DNA of 64,000 nucleotides from Dipteris shenzhenensis (Eukaryota): NCBI GenBank assembly GCA_047967505.1, contig CM106538.1; one strand, 5' to 3'. Shown piece by piece: positions 50,371 to 64,000 of this stretch (position 1 is its first letter; each line of letters starts with the position of its first letter). The notes under the pieces were generated by a model. It saw only the letters and a program-made list of their open reading frames with translations, ran no database searches and was not told where the DNA came from. The position numbers and the translations under genes were made by a program.

Positions 50371-52476
50371 ATGGCATCGGCCGTCGATAATTCCGCTCTC
50401 TGCGCCCTCAACAAATCCGACTCTTTGCCCACTCCGTCGATCCCCTCGTGGAACCTCCCTCCGGAGGCCTTCGTTGTGTTGCAATCGCTAGCTCTTCGGT
50501 GGACAGACATCCTGGACGCCACCGACCTTTCCGTCAAGCCCCTGAAAGGTGCCATGACCAACGAGGTCTACGAGTGCTGCTGGGCTCCCCTGGTGGCCGC
50601 AGGGGGAGGACGCCCCCGGAAGGTTCTTGTTCGCGTCTATGGTGAGGGCGTCGATCTCTTCTTCGACCGCAACGACGAGATCCTTACCTTCGAGGTCATG
50701 TCCAGGGTCGGCCACGGCCCTCGTCTGCTGGGACGCTTCCCCAACGGTCGTGTGGAGGAGTTTCTCCATGCCAGGGTCTCCCCCATCTCCTTCTCCTCTT
50801 TTGTTTTTGAAGTCCTCTGATTTGCTCATGCTTGCCCATTTGGATAGCCAAATCTTACGGAAATGCTTTCTTCTTGTTACCACAGACCCTGTCCGCAGCG
50901 GACTTGCGAAATCCAGATGTGTCCGCCAGAATCGCTGCGAAGCTCAGGGACTTTCACCGACTCTCTATGCCCGGAGCTCGGGAGCCCCGGATATGGGGAC
51001 GTCTCAGGTATCATTCTACCCTTCGGAGGCGGTCGAAGCGATGATTGCTTTCTGCCAGGCCTCAACCATTCTTTGTTGGGTAACAGAATACGGCTGTCAA
51101 GGTTGCTGCCAGGCCTCAACCATTCTTTGTTGGGTAACAGAATACTGCCGTCAATGTGTTGCAGAGATTGGCTACAGAAAGCGCTCACTCTATGCCGCCC
51201 AGAGCATGCGGATGAGTTTCGTTTGCGCAACCTTGGAGCGGAAATCGAAGAGCTGAGGATGAGAATATCCGGTCCTGAAACTGAAATTGGCTTCTGCCAC
51301 AACGATTTACAGTATGGCAACATAATGATGGACGAGCAGGATAATTCCATCACAATCATCGTGAGTCACACCGTTTAACCTGTAATCTCCCGATTGAGAG
51401 TAGACGCATCCAGAGGGTTTCTGGCCCGTTGAAGCATTCGGCATGCATCTTCACGCTTGAGCCAACCCTTACATGAGACCTGCCAAAGAAATGGTCAGCG
51501 GCTTGCAATTTATCCGGAATCCGAGTGGGTGTCTCCTGATTTGCTTTAACTTAAGGGGGTGAGAGTGTGTTTTGCATGTTGTATTCTGAATAACAAACTT
51601 TTAATGTTCTCTTGCTATGCCCAGGATTACGAGTATTCCAGCTACAATCCCGTAGCATTCGATTTGGCAAACCATTTTTGTGAGATGGCTGCTGATTACC
51701 ACACAGACACACCCCATGTGTTGGACTATTCTAGATATCCAGGTGAGCAAACGGATGCTGCGGACTCGATAACTGGCCAATTTTTTGCGCTTTCCTTGCC
51801 CCCGGGATTAAAACATTTCTGGGTCTCTTCCGTGACATGTAGGGGGTAATTTATATGTTTGTTGTGCAGGGTTTCAGGAAAGATGCAGATTTATTTCGGC
51901 ATATCTTGAATCCTCCGGTAAGGTTCCTTGACATGCTTCTTGCTTTGAGCACTTTCGGTTGGTACTTCTTGACGGCTGGGTCAAACGCAGCATGTTTGAA
52001 AACGTCATCGCACGAATGCCAGTTTAGAGAAAGATAAGCTGGGCTTTGACAGTAGCATTTCTGCTCTTTTATTTTCGAATCGCTATAAGGCAAGTTCTTA
52101 GAAAGGGATAATCTGGGCTTTGATAGTAGCATTTTTGCTCGTTACTCTCAGGCCAAGTCGTCAACCAATCTCGAATAGAGAAGCTTTCAAAAGAAACAGA
52201 TGGCTATGCGCTGGCGAGTCACATTCACTGGGGTTTGTGGGGAATCATCTCGGTAGGTCATTGTTTCTGTTAGGGATTTCCCTCCTTTAAGCCAAGCCGT
52301 CTATTCTCTGTTGGTGGTTTAAAAGGTTTTCTGGACTGCCTAAAGAGAGCTCAACCTAACCAAAGGGTTTATTGCAGGCATGCGTGAATGACATTGAATT
52401 TGATTATATAGAGTATGCAAGACAGAGATTCCATCAATATTATATGTCAAAGTCAGAGTTGATGGTGGAACCATAG
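50371..52476 (+). CDS. CEK: Choline/ethanolamine kinase, 362 aa. Exons: 50371-50775, 50886-51007, 51165-51360, 51625-51742, 51870-51917, 52152-52252, 52378-52476
   Basis: [42 protein letters not shown], Brenner motif [61 protein letters not shown]. All six introns are GT-AG; the spliced CDS is 1089 nt and open; in-frame TGA at 50332 fixes the start. Confidence 0.96.
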
Positions 52477-53540
52477 CAGCTCAAGGCGCTTCTTTGCCAC
52501 AATATACGCATTGCTGTTCCAGCAAGTAACACAGAGAGGAAATGGTTCAAAAGTCCATGAAATCATTAATGGAATTTGACATGTATTTTTAATGGAAATT
52601 GTCATATATTCGTCCTCGGCTTTTGATTTTTTTTAAATCTGCACAAAGAGATTATTTTGGCCTAATCTTTGTTGTGGCGCTGATTGGGTAAAATTAGAGT
52701 AGGCTCACCTAGAATTTTGAAATTTGCAGTCCTATCGATTGCTACCAGTGCAGCAGCATTTTTTTGGAAGGCTGGAGTTTTTGTGTTCTACTTGGCAAAC
52801 TGCACTTTTGAAAAATTGATTTGAGTTTTTCCTATTAAAATCGCCATACATGTAGAGGTAATAACACTGCATAGAACATCGTTTTTGATGAGAAAAAAAA
52901 CGATTGATCAAATGTGTACCTGATTTGGCCTTGGCTCTGCAATCATCCTTGTCGATCTAAATTTTTATATGAAGTTTCAACATGCATTGAACATCATCTG
53001 TGACAATCATCACTGGTATCAAATCAATTTGTACCGAGCTCTACATTCATCCTTGTAAAACTTTCAAGTATGTTAAGTTTGTCAATCGTGGGGCAGTCTT
53101 GAAGCACTTGATTATTGTCAAGTCATGGATGATGGACACATGGCATGACACAAATGCCATTGAATTCCCTTTAGACTGGTAAGCGTAACTAGGATGTTTT
53201 GATGATGTGTAGAAATCAGATCTGCATGGTTTTGTGGGTTGAGTTGAAAAGGGCAAGGCTTGCTCTTATCTAGGCAGGTCAAAAATGGATGCCTGAAGGG
53301 GATTTGCCCAAAGTTTTTCAGAGTTCAAGTAGTAGAGGAGAGATTCAGACAGAATAGCGAAGTCGCAATTCTCGCTGCATACAGAGGGGGGGGTGCCACT
53401 TGTTAGGGCAGCAAGTTGCCATTGAGGTCATTACTAGATTCTGGTCTCGTCTGTGGACCAGCCTTTACCCAAGGAAGATCTCATAATGATAGCTGATGGG
53501 GGTCTACATGTTGGGCCACTCGTCATTGTTGTGGGACAGG

Positions 53541-53880
53541 GACCTGGAGATGGTAGAGCTCAGCCTATGGGGCTGCACTCCGGCCAAGAGGATCTGCTTT
53601 TGCTCTCTTAGGATTGTGGCCAGGGTGCGGAGGATCCACCGGGTTTTCATCCTGGGTACAGGGGCTTAGCTGATAGAGGGGACGCTTTTGAACTCCTTTT
53701 GATGACATCGTCAGCTACCTGGAGGTGGTAGACAACTGCCTATGGAGCTGCACTCCGGCCAAGAGGATCTGCTTTTGCTCTCTTGGGATTGTGGCCAGCG
53801 TGCAGAGGATCCTCCGGGTTTTTATCCTGGCTACAGTGGCCTAGCTGATAGAGGGGAGACTTTCGATGACGTCATCAGCC
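53541..53880. repeat. ~175-bp tandem duplication
   Basis: ACCTGGAG.TGGTAGA...GCTGCACTCCGGCCAAGAGGATCTGCTTTTGCTCTCTT...GCTGATAGAGGGGA occurs twice. Confidence 0.9.
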
Positions 53881-55034
53881 TTTTGATAGATGGTAAGTCA
53901 TTTACGAGGATTACCGTGAGGCTTCCCCTCCGACCCGATGTCACTTGGAGCTCCCACGGGAGGACAGCTTTGGGAGATGCTTGTCAGCATCACAGCCTGT
54001 ACGATGCAGTTTTGTGACGGGGGGCAGCAGACCCGTTTTGCAGCCACCATCACCAGTATATCACATGATATCATCTATAACATGTGAGCTATCTGGGAGC
54101 AAGGTATAGAGAGTTCTAGGAACACCAAAAGGTGTGAGAATTTCTGCAAGGTTTGGCCTGCAAGCATCTTCTCTATTTTCATGGATCAAGGAATTCATTA
54201 ATTGTTTAAGCACCCCCCCCCCCCCCTCCCCGTTCCCTTTGCAAACCCACCTTTTTTCATTGTTCGCATCCCTTTATGGGGTACTCTAGGCAGTGTTGAG
54301 AGGCCAGGTGTAGCACTAGTCCTCTTTTCGGCACCTCATGGATTTCTGATTTTGTATTTCTAATAGTTTTCATGGAAAAAAGGAAGGAGGGTTCTGAAGA
54401 GGAACCCCTCCTTTCCAAGAGGGGCTGAAAATGGTCAGCTCCTTAAAGGTCTACTTCTATGTGATCAGCCTTGTCTGAGAGATTTTTGACAATTATTTAC
54501 AGCGTGACAGCCGGAGAGAGTGCCTCATGAGTGGAAGTGCAAATGGATCAGGCTGAAGTCTATCTTCAAGGAGCTTATAGTTTTTAGCTATGGCAGCTGA
54601 AGAAGTTCCGCCTATGTGTTCTTGGAAGGCTTTAGAGTTGAAGCTGATGCCTTGAGGGCTGCAAAATGGCAGCAGCAACCTGTGCGACAACCACAAAAAG
54701 GCAAGCAGCTCAGCAGCAGAGCGCATAAGCTCATAGACAAGGATATTTGGAGCAGCCTTGCACTATGACAGGGAAGCCCATGAACATAAGCTCATCAGAT
54801 AGTTGAGCTGAGCCAAGCAAGCCTAGTAGAGAGCCAGAAAGTATTTCTAGTCAGCTACTCGGCACATACAGCTAGTGCAATGGGACCACATACATCAGAA
54901 ACAACAAGCAAATGGTGCAGAAATGACACACAGCCAGATTGCAGTACAATTGCACTCTACCAGCGAGGCCTAGGGGCAGTGTCGACCAAGTAAGCTTCAT
55001 AGTCATGCTTAAAATCTCAACTGCCTCCATTGAC

Positions 55035-55319
55035 CGCTCTCGCCCCCGAATCCCCACCATGGGAGCCGCTGGGACCCCCGGGCTGGGGGCTAGCTGGCCC
55101 CCAGGCCCCAGCAAGAATAAGGGTCTCCCACACAATCACCTTTCTACCATCAACGGTCTCATTGATAGACCTCATCTGACATGCAAGTCAAGATCCATCT
55201 AGTGTCCCAGGCTCACACAAGGCTTCTCCTCATATGGGGACCTTACAACTTGAGCACCTTGGACAACTGGTGGTTACCAGGAGGGTGGGGCATTGAGCAT
55301 ATCTAACACCCCCCCTCAA
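55035..55319 (-). repeat. Partial LTR plus PPT of the 35031-35690 family
   Basis: ~270 bp highly similar to 35412-35690, ending ATCTAACA, followed by CCCCCCCTCAA (rc PPT). Confidence 0.88.
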
Positions 55320-58300
55320 TGTCCACCCGTAGGTGAACTACCTTCGCGGCCCAATGCCGAGTCTCTGAAGATGATCATTACAAGCACATTGTGTATAACA
55401 GGGTGAAACAACATGGGGGTGGTTGAACTAAGTCAAGCCCAATGGCTCAATTGTCTCAATGGTGGTATAGGCATATCAAAGAGCAGTTGCAACACTATCA
55501 TTGATAGAGTCATTAGTGTCCCATGAACAAAGAAGAAGAATATACAATTCATAAAATGAAAGATAGAATCACACAATGTGGCATGCAGCCTGTCATAGAG
55601 AAGGGTATCAGATGAAATTGATGGTGTAGAGTCTTCCAATGTGGATTCCCATGCATTTATCGTGGACTTCATTTGTAATTTTTATTATGTCATTCGTAGT
55701 AAAGTTAGTGTATAGAGGTATGAACTGTAATACACAAGGAAAAATTTGGGTCCACACATATAAATTACAAGTTTTTAGGTCAAGGTTGAGTCAATTTTAT
55801 GTTTTTATGTTTTAGGGTTAAAAATATGTATTTTTAGAAATTAGGATTTTGGGCTCCATATGAAGGTATTTGGTTTCATCTTTTATTTAATTGTTTTAAG
55901 CTCTCTCCATTCCAACACCCACTCCCACCTATCCTTGATCCCCTCCCACCTAACCCTGATCCCCTACCCCACTCGTGCTCTCACCCCTTGTTGCTCTTCT
56001 CGACATCCCACATGGCAAGGACCAAGAAAAAGGCTAGAAAGATAGGGACCAAAGAGTCTATTGATGTTGATAGTGATACCTTGAGCAATTTCCCCCACTA
56101 AGAAGGAGGCAGTAGGAGGCCTAAGATTCCCCCTATCTCAATGCCAAGGACTAAAGAAGAAGAAGCTGCTAAAGAACAAATGTGGTGAGAGGAGTAGAGG
56201 AGGAAGCAACATCACTTGCATGAGCAACCCCCAATTCATGAGAAACCTAGACCACATCATCCATACCAACCATTGGAGGGAGTAGCCAATAGTACATCTA
56301 GGCTAGGGCCCACCTCAAAGGCAACCCTTGGAGATCCTCCTCTAGTGGGGAAGTATAGGTTTGATCAAACCAAGAACCATTGCACTTTGGGAGATCCGCA
56401 AGTATCAATGCTTCACTGATCTCCTTATCCTGAAGGAAAGCTTTGCAAAAGTTTTATGCAAGATCATGCAAGACCTAAGCAATAGCACGATGTCTATGTG
56501 TTTAGGCAACATATCATCAAATTCCTTGCTTGCCTTGCAATGTTAATGACAATTTGTTGTGTTTATATATGGAACGTATTGAAGGTCCATTTTTGCTAGA
56601 AAAAAAGTCATGAGTTGGAGCTGAACATACAAACCATCAACATTAACAAAATGAGAAGATGAGAAAAGAATGAAAGACAAATAGAAAATGCTAGAAGTTT
56701 ATTGAAACAATGCAATGCTCATTTCTATGGAGTTCTCTACTCAACATCAGACACAATTGAGTTGAAAAATGTTTAGATCCAAAAATTGATACTTCTAGTA
56801 ACTCTAGTAAGCTTTACAATGAGGCAACCCATCCTTTAAGTGTAAGCTCTTGCCAATGGTTGGTCATCCACATTGTGTGATGATGTAGGGTGTTCAAACC
56901 TAAGTAACATTCAAACTTGACTAACACCCAAACAACTTGGGCAGTGGTTACATAACTATGTAACTATCCGTTTGATGGTTGGATTTCTTTGTTACCATAG
57001 CCAGTAAGTTCTCCATACAAAATCTATGAAAGAACCAAATTATAGTAGACATTCAATTTGCTCTCCTAGAATCCCTACATGTGGTTCAAGGGTATTTGAT
57101 GAGGAGTTGGGCTCAAATACACTCAAGTTGCACATCCCACCACCGTGCTTACTACTTCGTTGTCGCAATCCAAGATCTTCGATGCAAAGGCAACATCATT
57201 TGAGTCATTCTTCACCCTTATTTAGCATCATTCAAGTCAATATGGATTCTTATCCTTGGCACTCTATCCTAAAATTATGTAATCCATAGTTTAAGGCATC
57301 TGACTTCTCATCAAGCCTCATAGGAGTTTGCAAATTTTCATATATCCACCACTATGAGTGCCGAAGTGTTAGATCATGCATGGGATTAAAGTTATGCTTG
57401 AAAAGCTCCCTAAGTGTGGACCGATCTCCAAGATGAAGGCCAGAGGCAAAATCATGTTACCTCTTACCAAATCATCAGAGACCTACTTGCAACACTTCTA
57501 ATGAGTTAGATGGCTTCACCCATCCACAACCTCTTTGCCATCATCTTTGGGGACCGAGGCAGTAGTAAGGGTAGGTGAAATGACAAGGGAAAGGGGCAAT
57601 TGTGCAAGTAAGGGTTAGGCAAGAGCGGCATGGTTGCACACACGAGACTACACAAGGTTAGAGAGTGGATACAATCAAGGCAATGACCTAAGCTTAGGCA
57701 AGCAGCTATGCAAGGCACTAAATTCCTACACACATGTCTTCAATCACCTAATCTCAAAACACTTATTTGCCCTGAGCCTTAGCCAAAATTCCTTCCAAAG
57801 GTAGTTGTGGTTTTGATTTAGCTCCATGTTTCCCATCCACAAGTCCTCAGTGGAAAGGTTTGACCTCATCCTTGGATTTGGGGCATTGGCAAGGTTAGAG
57901 TCGATGCCGCTTGGATTGGAGGTGTTGTGGAGGGTGCAATTCTTGAAATAGTTAGGCCCACAACCATAAAATTCTTAAGACTAGAATCTAGAGCCAAGCC
58001 TCCATATGCTTATAGATTGTGGTGCAACTCATAAAGCTACTACTTTAGGCTTTTGATCTGCTTGTGGTAATCCAGTTTCCATGTTGTCCCACCCCTTACT
58101 CTTCTCCCTAAAATGTAGCTTTGCCACTTTGAGGTCATCTTATGCAAGTCCCAATAGTGTTGAAAGATGGTGATATTCTCTTTCAATATTAGGACTTCCA
58201 GGGACACCGTAAATGTGCCCTAGGTAGGTCAACTAGAAGCATGAGGGCATCCAGTTCATGGATCATGGTCACCTTGGCCTTGTGGTATATCATGGCAAGC

Positions 58301-59379
58301 CCTGCTTTTGACTGCCCCTAGGTATAAGTATGGTTGCATGTGGGGTGTGTGTGGCCCAATGTGGATTTTTCTTGGACCACTTTTTAATGTGTAGTCAGAT
58401 TGGTTATTTGCAAGCTTTATCAAGGGATAGTAGTGTCACAATTCTTACAACACTATTTGGCTCCAGCTGTCATTCCAGAGCACCTACATAGACTCATAGG
58501 TAGATGGGTTGGATAATTAGGTGTACTTGAATGATGCGGTGCTACCAAGGGAAGTGTGCTCAATGTTCATGGTCCTTGTCGGCTTTGGAATCCCTTCCAG
58601 GTTCAGTTGGATAGCTGCATTGGTTGGTTTGGTAGCTACTTTTAGTTGTGCTTTGAAGAGAAACATTCAATTTTGAGGTTCCATGGTCTACATGAGGTGA
58701 TTAAGCATTTAGAGATGCCACAGCAATGTGGAGGGTCATGACTTCCATGTTGAGCTTCTTGATTGGCTCTCCATCTTTCTTTCTTTTTTGGGGGCTCTAG
58801 TGTCATGTTATCCAAGGTAGAGCACAACTCATCAATCTGCTACTACTGTAGATGCTTGGGTTGTGGGCAAATCTCCAACCTCTCAACATCTTGTGGGGAC
58901 TTTGAGGTGTCATTGAATAAGATGTAACCTTCTAACCCTAGTTTCAAAGCTTACAATATACATTGCCATCCACAGATGTCACTTCTCTAGCATCCAAATC
59001 ACATTTAATGAGTTGCTCCACAAGAGAAGAACATGGAGAAGAGAGAGAGGGGAGGGGAGGGTTTGAGCATGGATCATCTAATCAATGGTATTAGATATCT
59101 TTTCTTGCAAATCATGAGATATTACAAGTATTTCTGTACATATTTGTGTTAACCCATTTCTAGGGTTAACACATTGGCCTTCCAGGTTGATTAGATGTAG
59201 GGCTTGTGTGCACATTTGCACTACATTTTATTACATTATAGGTACACATAGCATATGGTTTGGACCATAGATTAGGAGGATTACATCCACATCCCCATGT
59301 GGCCTCTCATTGTATGACGTGGCACAGAGGTTACACTCTTTGATCTCTATATTGAGAGGTAGGTGATGAGAGTTCTCAT

Positions 59380-61946
59380 TCCCTCTAGCCCTAGTTGGAA
59401 TCCACTCTTGTGTCCTTATATCAATATGAATGCTTGTCACCTTCTTGATTCTCTTGTATGGAAGATTTGCTTGAGCGTGAGGCTTGATGCACTAGAGCTT
59501 GGTTGAGTATCTTCATGTAGTGTGTGAGGCTGCCTTGGGTGTGGATAGTTAAAAGGAGTCTTGAAATTGCATGGGTGGCATTACTTTCTTGTTCTTAGAG
59601 GTTCTTCATGTTTGATGAGGAACATGGGTGGCATGCCTTGATTTTCCCTTCCTAGAGACTTGATTCACCCCATGCCGTACATGTTTGCATGTCTAGATCT
59701 TAGGGTGGTTAGGATGGGAGTACCCAATGATGATGCCCATGCCTTGTGTATGGTTAGAGTGCGAGTCAAAGTGCTGAAAGAATGGTGAGAGTGAGTGGAA
59801 GAGAAATGAGAGAGACAGAGACAGAGAGAGAGAGAGAGTTGTTAGAGTTGTGTTCCCTTATTTTTATTTGTTGTTTTCCTTAGGGTAGGTTAGATTTTAG
59901 GTGATTTCCATTGTAGGCTAGCTTCTTTTTTATATATTATTTTGCTAGTATTTTATTATGCAATTTATCTTTTTCCTCCTATGTGACTTATAACGTCACA
60001 TGTACACATGGTGGTATGGCTTAACATTTTGGTTCCTTGCTGGGACTAGTCCACAAGGAGGCTACAAGAAGGAGAAGAACAAGGCTAGTCTAGAAGAAGA
60101 CCACCAAAACATTTTTTTGGAGATGCAACACTAGATAAGAGAGACAATCTACAAGGAACAAGCATAATCTCTTCTCCATCCCTTCACGATCGTGGTTAGA
60201 TAATCATGAAGATTTAGGGGATATGACACATCTTGCGAGGATAACGGAGCAGGAATCGTGGCCTCAAAGCCATTAGAATTCACAATACAAGGAAAGAAAA
60301 ACACAAGATTAAACAAAGTCAAGGATTGTGCCCTAACCTAATCCTACATTCATCTCCCACCTCATACACCCCTCCAATCCCCTCTCCCCACATCCCTCCC
60401 CTACCTACAAGCTCACACCCCCTTGTCCCTCCACACAAACCCCCCCTCCCCATCCACACATAACCCACCTTTCACACACCAACCACTTGCCACCTCACCT
60501 TTGCTTGACCTACGTGTTATCCCCATCACAACCCACCCATCCCCCCCTCTATTTTTATTTTCACCCCCTCACCCATTACACCCCTCTCTCTCACCCTTTT
60601 CTCCCTCCTTTTTCTCCACCCTACCCCCCTCCCTCTTTTTATTCATGCCCTCCCTCCTTTATTAATATTTATTTTTTCTCTTCCTCACCATACACACCCC
60701 ACCCCTCTCTCTTTATTTTCTATTTTTCCTTAGTCACCTTACTCTTCTTTTCTTTTCTTTTCCTTTACACTTCCTCCCGTGTGGCATCGGCATTTTACTT
60801 TTGATAGTAGATTTTCTTATGGATGATTGCATTCATCATGTACATTGCTTGGAAACACACCCCCTCATGGATTTATTCATTCACATTCCACCTCCCCTCA
60901 TCTATGTATGCCTTTGTATGCCAACTCTACAACATGATATTGCCCTCACTAACTACCTATCACTTTTCCTTCATAGTAGCTACAATGATTTGTGGGCATC
61001 GATACCATTTCTTGAGTATGCATGTAATGAACTTTGTGACACACTATAGGGTTTGTAGACTTCACATCATGATGACATATTTCTAGAGGTTTACCAGACT
61101 TCCTTGCCACAATTTTGGATCATCTCAAATTTTTTCACTCAAATCTTCAGTGGGATGTTATGCGGTATGATCCTTTGATTCTTCCACCTAGTGAGGCACC
61201 CTATTCTTTATCCTCACATAGGGTACCTCCTCAATCTAGCATGATCCTTCACTAATTACCCCAACTTCATTTACTAGCACCCCTTGACTAAATGATGTTG
61301 TAGAGACCTTTTCTCCTCTCATTGCTCCATTTTTTGAGGGAGAGTCTCTTTGCACATCCATGGATACTTCATCGTCACATTTGGAGATGCTAGCTCCATT
61401 TTTAGCCTTGTACTTTTTGATTCATATGTACCATTGGATATTCTTAACTCTATTTGTGGGATTCATGCATTTATTGAGAGGTTCTACTTGTGCATCATTG
61501 ACACCATTAACATCGACCTGTGTTTCATTATTGTCATTTTTAGTGACCTCTTGGAGTTATGCACCTTCGAATGGGGTACCATTTGGATTCCCAATTTTGA
61601 TTTGAGACACAAGTGGAGTGGTGTGATGAGACTAGTCTCTCCCTCTAGCCCTAGTTAGAAGCCACTCTTGTGTCCTTGTGTTAACATGAGTTCTTATCTC
61701 CTTCTTAATGCTCATGTGTGGAAGAGCTTCTTGAGTATGAGAGGCTTATCATAGCTTCTTGTGCTTAGAGGTTCTTCATGTGCAGGGAGACACATGGGTG
61801 GCATACCTCAATTTCTCCCTTCTTAGAGACTTGATTCACCCCATTCCATACATGCTTGCATGGCTAGAGCTTGTGTCATTAGGATTGGAGCACCCATGAT
61901 GATGCTAATGTGTTCTATATAGTTAAACTAGGAGTCAAAGTGCTAA

Positions 61947-61996
<50 letters not shown>

Positions 61997-62180
61997 TACC
62001 TTGTTTTTTATTTGTCATTTTCCTTAGGCTAGGTTAAAGTCTAGGTGATTTCCACTATAGTTTAGGTTCTTTTTTATAGATTAGTTTGCTAGTATTTTAG
62101 CATGTAGTTCAATTTTGGCCTCCTATGTGATTTCCAACATCTTGCAGCAGCCACCTAGAGGTATGTTTTGTGGCTTGACA
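59380..62180 (+). mobile_element. Old degenerate LTR element: diverged direct repeats 59380-60026 and 61641-62180
   Basis: Collinear ~550-bp repeats each containing (GA)n. The first ends TTAACA followed by TTTTGGTTCCTTGCTGGGA, resembling a decayed tRNA-Asp PBS; the second ends TTGACA. Confidence 0.55.
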
Positions 62181-64000
62181 ATTTACCAAAGGACATACTG
62201 TTAACCATATATTTGCAAAGGACATACTCTTAACCAAATCATGATATATTGAGTGTATTTTTGCATGTATTTTACTACTAACCAAATCATGCCCCCTTCA
62301 TGCAAAGGTCATGGTTGTTGTGTAAAACTACTTGTTGTTCGGTGTGAACTTTTGACTTTGTTAATCACATCCTCCTACATTTTTCACTTCCAATTTACTC
62401 ACAATAATAAAGTGAGATATGTCCTTGTATGAAATATGAGTAGGATTGCAATGTCTCACATATTTTTTGTTTTGTTGAGCCTAATTTTCTATGAGAAAGA
62501 TGTTGAAGATGATTTATTCTTCACATTGGAAGGTTCTTATGTGTCTCCTATTGTGATGGGCATAATTGCTATGACATTTTCTTGTGTAGTTGTGGACATG
62601 AAGATTGATGTCACATTTCTCACGAAAAAAGTTTTTTGTTTGCCTTGTTACATCCTTATGCTATTGTCTCATTTTTTGAGAGAGATTTGTGTGTATCTAT
62701 TGTTTTCCTTCCAGATGATGTAGTAAATTCAATTGCATTTTTGTGGTTGAGTAAGTTCTTTGTTAATGCCTCTCTTTTGGAGGTAGGTTCTTGTTGTAAC
62801 TACCATCATTTACCTTAAAGCATTGATGCAATAAAGTCCATGGCATTATGATAGACTTGTGGTTGAGTAGGTTCTTATATTATTATCTCTTTTTTCATGA
62901 TAAGCTCTAGTCTAACTACTCAATAGGAGTTATATAATGTCCTTTGTGTGTAATCCTCCTATATTCTGTGAGTAGATTCCTATGGGTCTATCACCTATTC
63001 ATGATGTGAATTTTAGAGGCTTGTTGGACACATCATCATTGTTTCTTGAAGATCATGGAATTGTACTTGTTACACATAGTACCTTGGGTCCCCAAATATA
63101 ATGCTTCCAAGGTAATATTCATGGGCATAGTGTAACTGTGGGAACCCAATGGTAATGTACCTTGCTTGTTGGATGGTGTTTCCTTGTTTTTTTATGTTGA
63201 GGTTTGTTGTTTACATGATGAGGGTGGCTTTAAATGTTGAGGTTTTGTTGGAATCCAAATATATGGTTCATCTTTATTGTATCCATGAGCCTCTAGTAGA
63301 TTTTAGACCCACATCTACTTGATTTCTCTTTTTCTTTGTTTGCTTTGTTGGTGACACCCTTATAGAGGTTGAGAGGTGGAAGTAGATGTCATTGCTTGAG
63401 TGTTGATCCATTTTCTAATGATTGGTACATCTTGATCATTTGGTTTTTCATAGAGAAATACTATGGAAGTGAGCATTGTTGAGAGGTGAGGTTCTTATAG
63501 AGGTCAAGAGGTGGAAGTAGATGTTGATGTCATTGCTTGAGTGGTGCTAATGATTGATACATCTTGATCATTTGGTTTTTCACAAAGCAATATTATGGAA
63601 GTGATACCCTTAGTTTTCAAGGTGGTTGTCCTTTCATGCCAACAAATTAAAAAATTAAAGGATCCAACTTCTACCAACTTGGATCCAACTTCTACCAAGC
63701 ACTATTGCTAATGTTAAGGCACTTGGAAGAGTTACAAAAGACTTGCAAGGCACAAGGTGATTGTCCATTGAAACATTCAACATTAAAGACCAATGACATT
63801 GATTGAGGTACCTCCTATGGATTGAATTTTAGAATCACATACTTCTAGGAGTATATGGGAGACATCTCGACCAAGAGATGAGGTTGTGTCTTGCTCGACT
63901 ACTATCTACCATGACCTGTATTTGACATCTTACACCTACTAATCTTAGCCCTATCCAAAATTGAGATGAAGACATACTTATCTCCTTATTATCCATGGAG

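Noticed and set aside
50214-51378. Overlapping alternative-frame and antisense ORFs at the kinase locus
   Set aside because: Shadows of GC-rich exons; the spliced kinase model explains the region.
53230-58900. Possible LINE and gypsy remnants downstream of the kinase gene
   Set aside because: Too degenerate to identify diagnostic motifs by eye; needs a translated search.

Overview
Repeat-dominated land-plant nuclear DNA (heavily CpG/CHG-decayed; the lineage cannot be fixed from sequence alone). The only intact host gene is a 7-exon choline/ethanolamine kinase (50371-52476, +, 362 aa) with a CpG-rich leader carrying an array of CCGTCG motifs. The rest is nested transposon material. (1) A recently decayed non-chromoviral Ty3/gypsy (Athila-like) LTR retrotransposon at 1-12638: gag-pol, then a second ~1,250-codon sense ORF, then a 1.1-kb 3' LTR. 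(2) A rearranged, diverged relative at 12639-17560, showing that the C-terminal domain of that extra ORF and a PR-RT spacer domain are conserved between families. (3) Three related non-autonomous LTR elements with tRNA-iMet PBS, one complete and inserted with an ATGGA TSD into a copia gag. (4) Two degenerate Ty1/copia elements; the 3' end of one is flipped by a ~3-kb inversion. (5) A solo LTR, an L1-type LINE and several local duplications. The best candidate for undescribed biology is the conserved accessory protein of the gypsy lineage. All alignments were done by eye; no searches were run.
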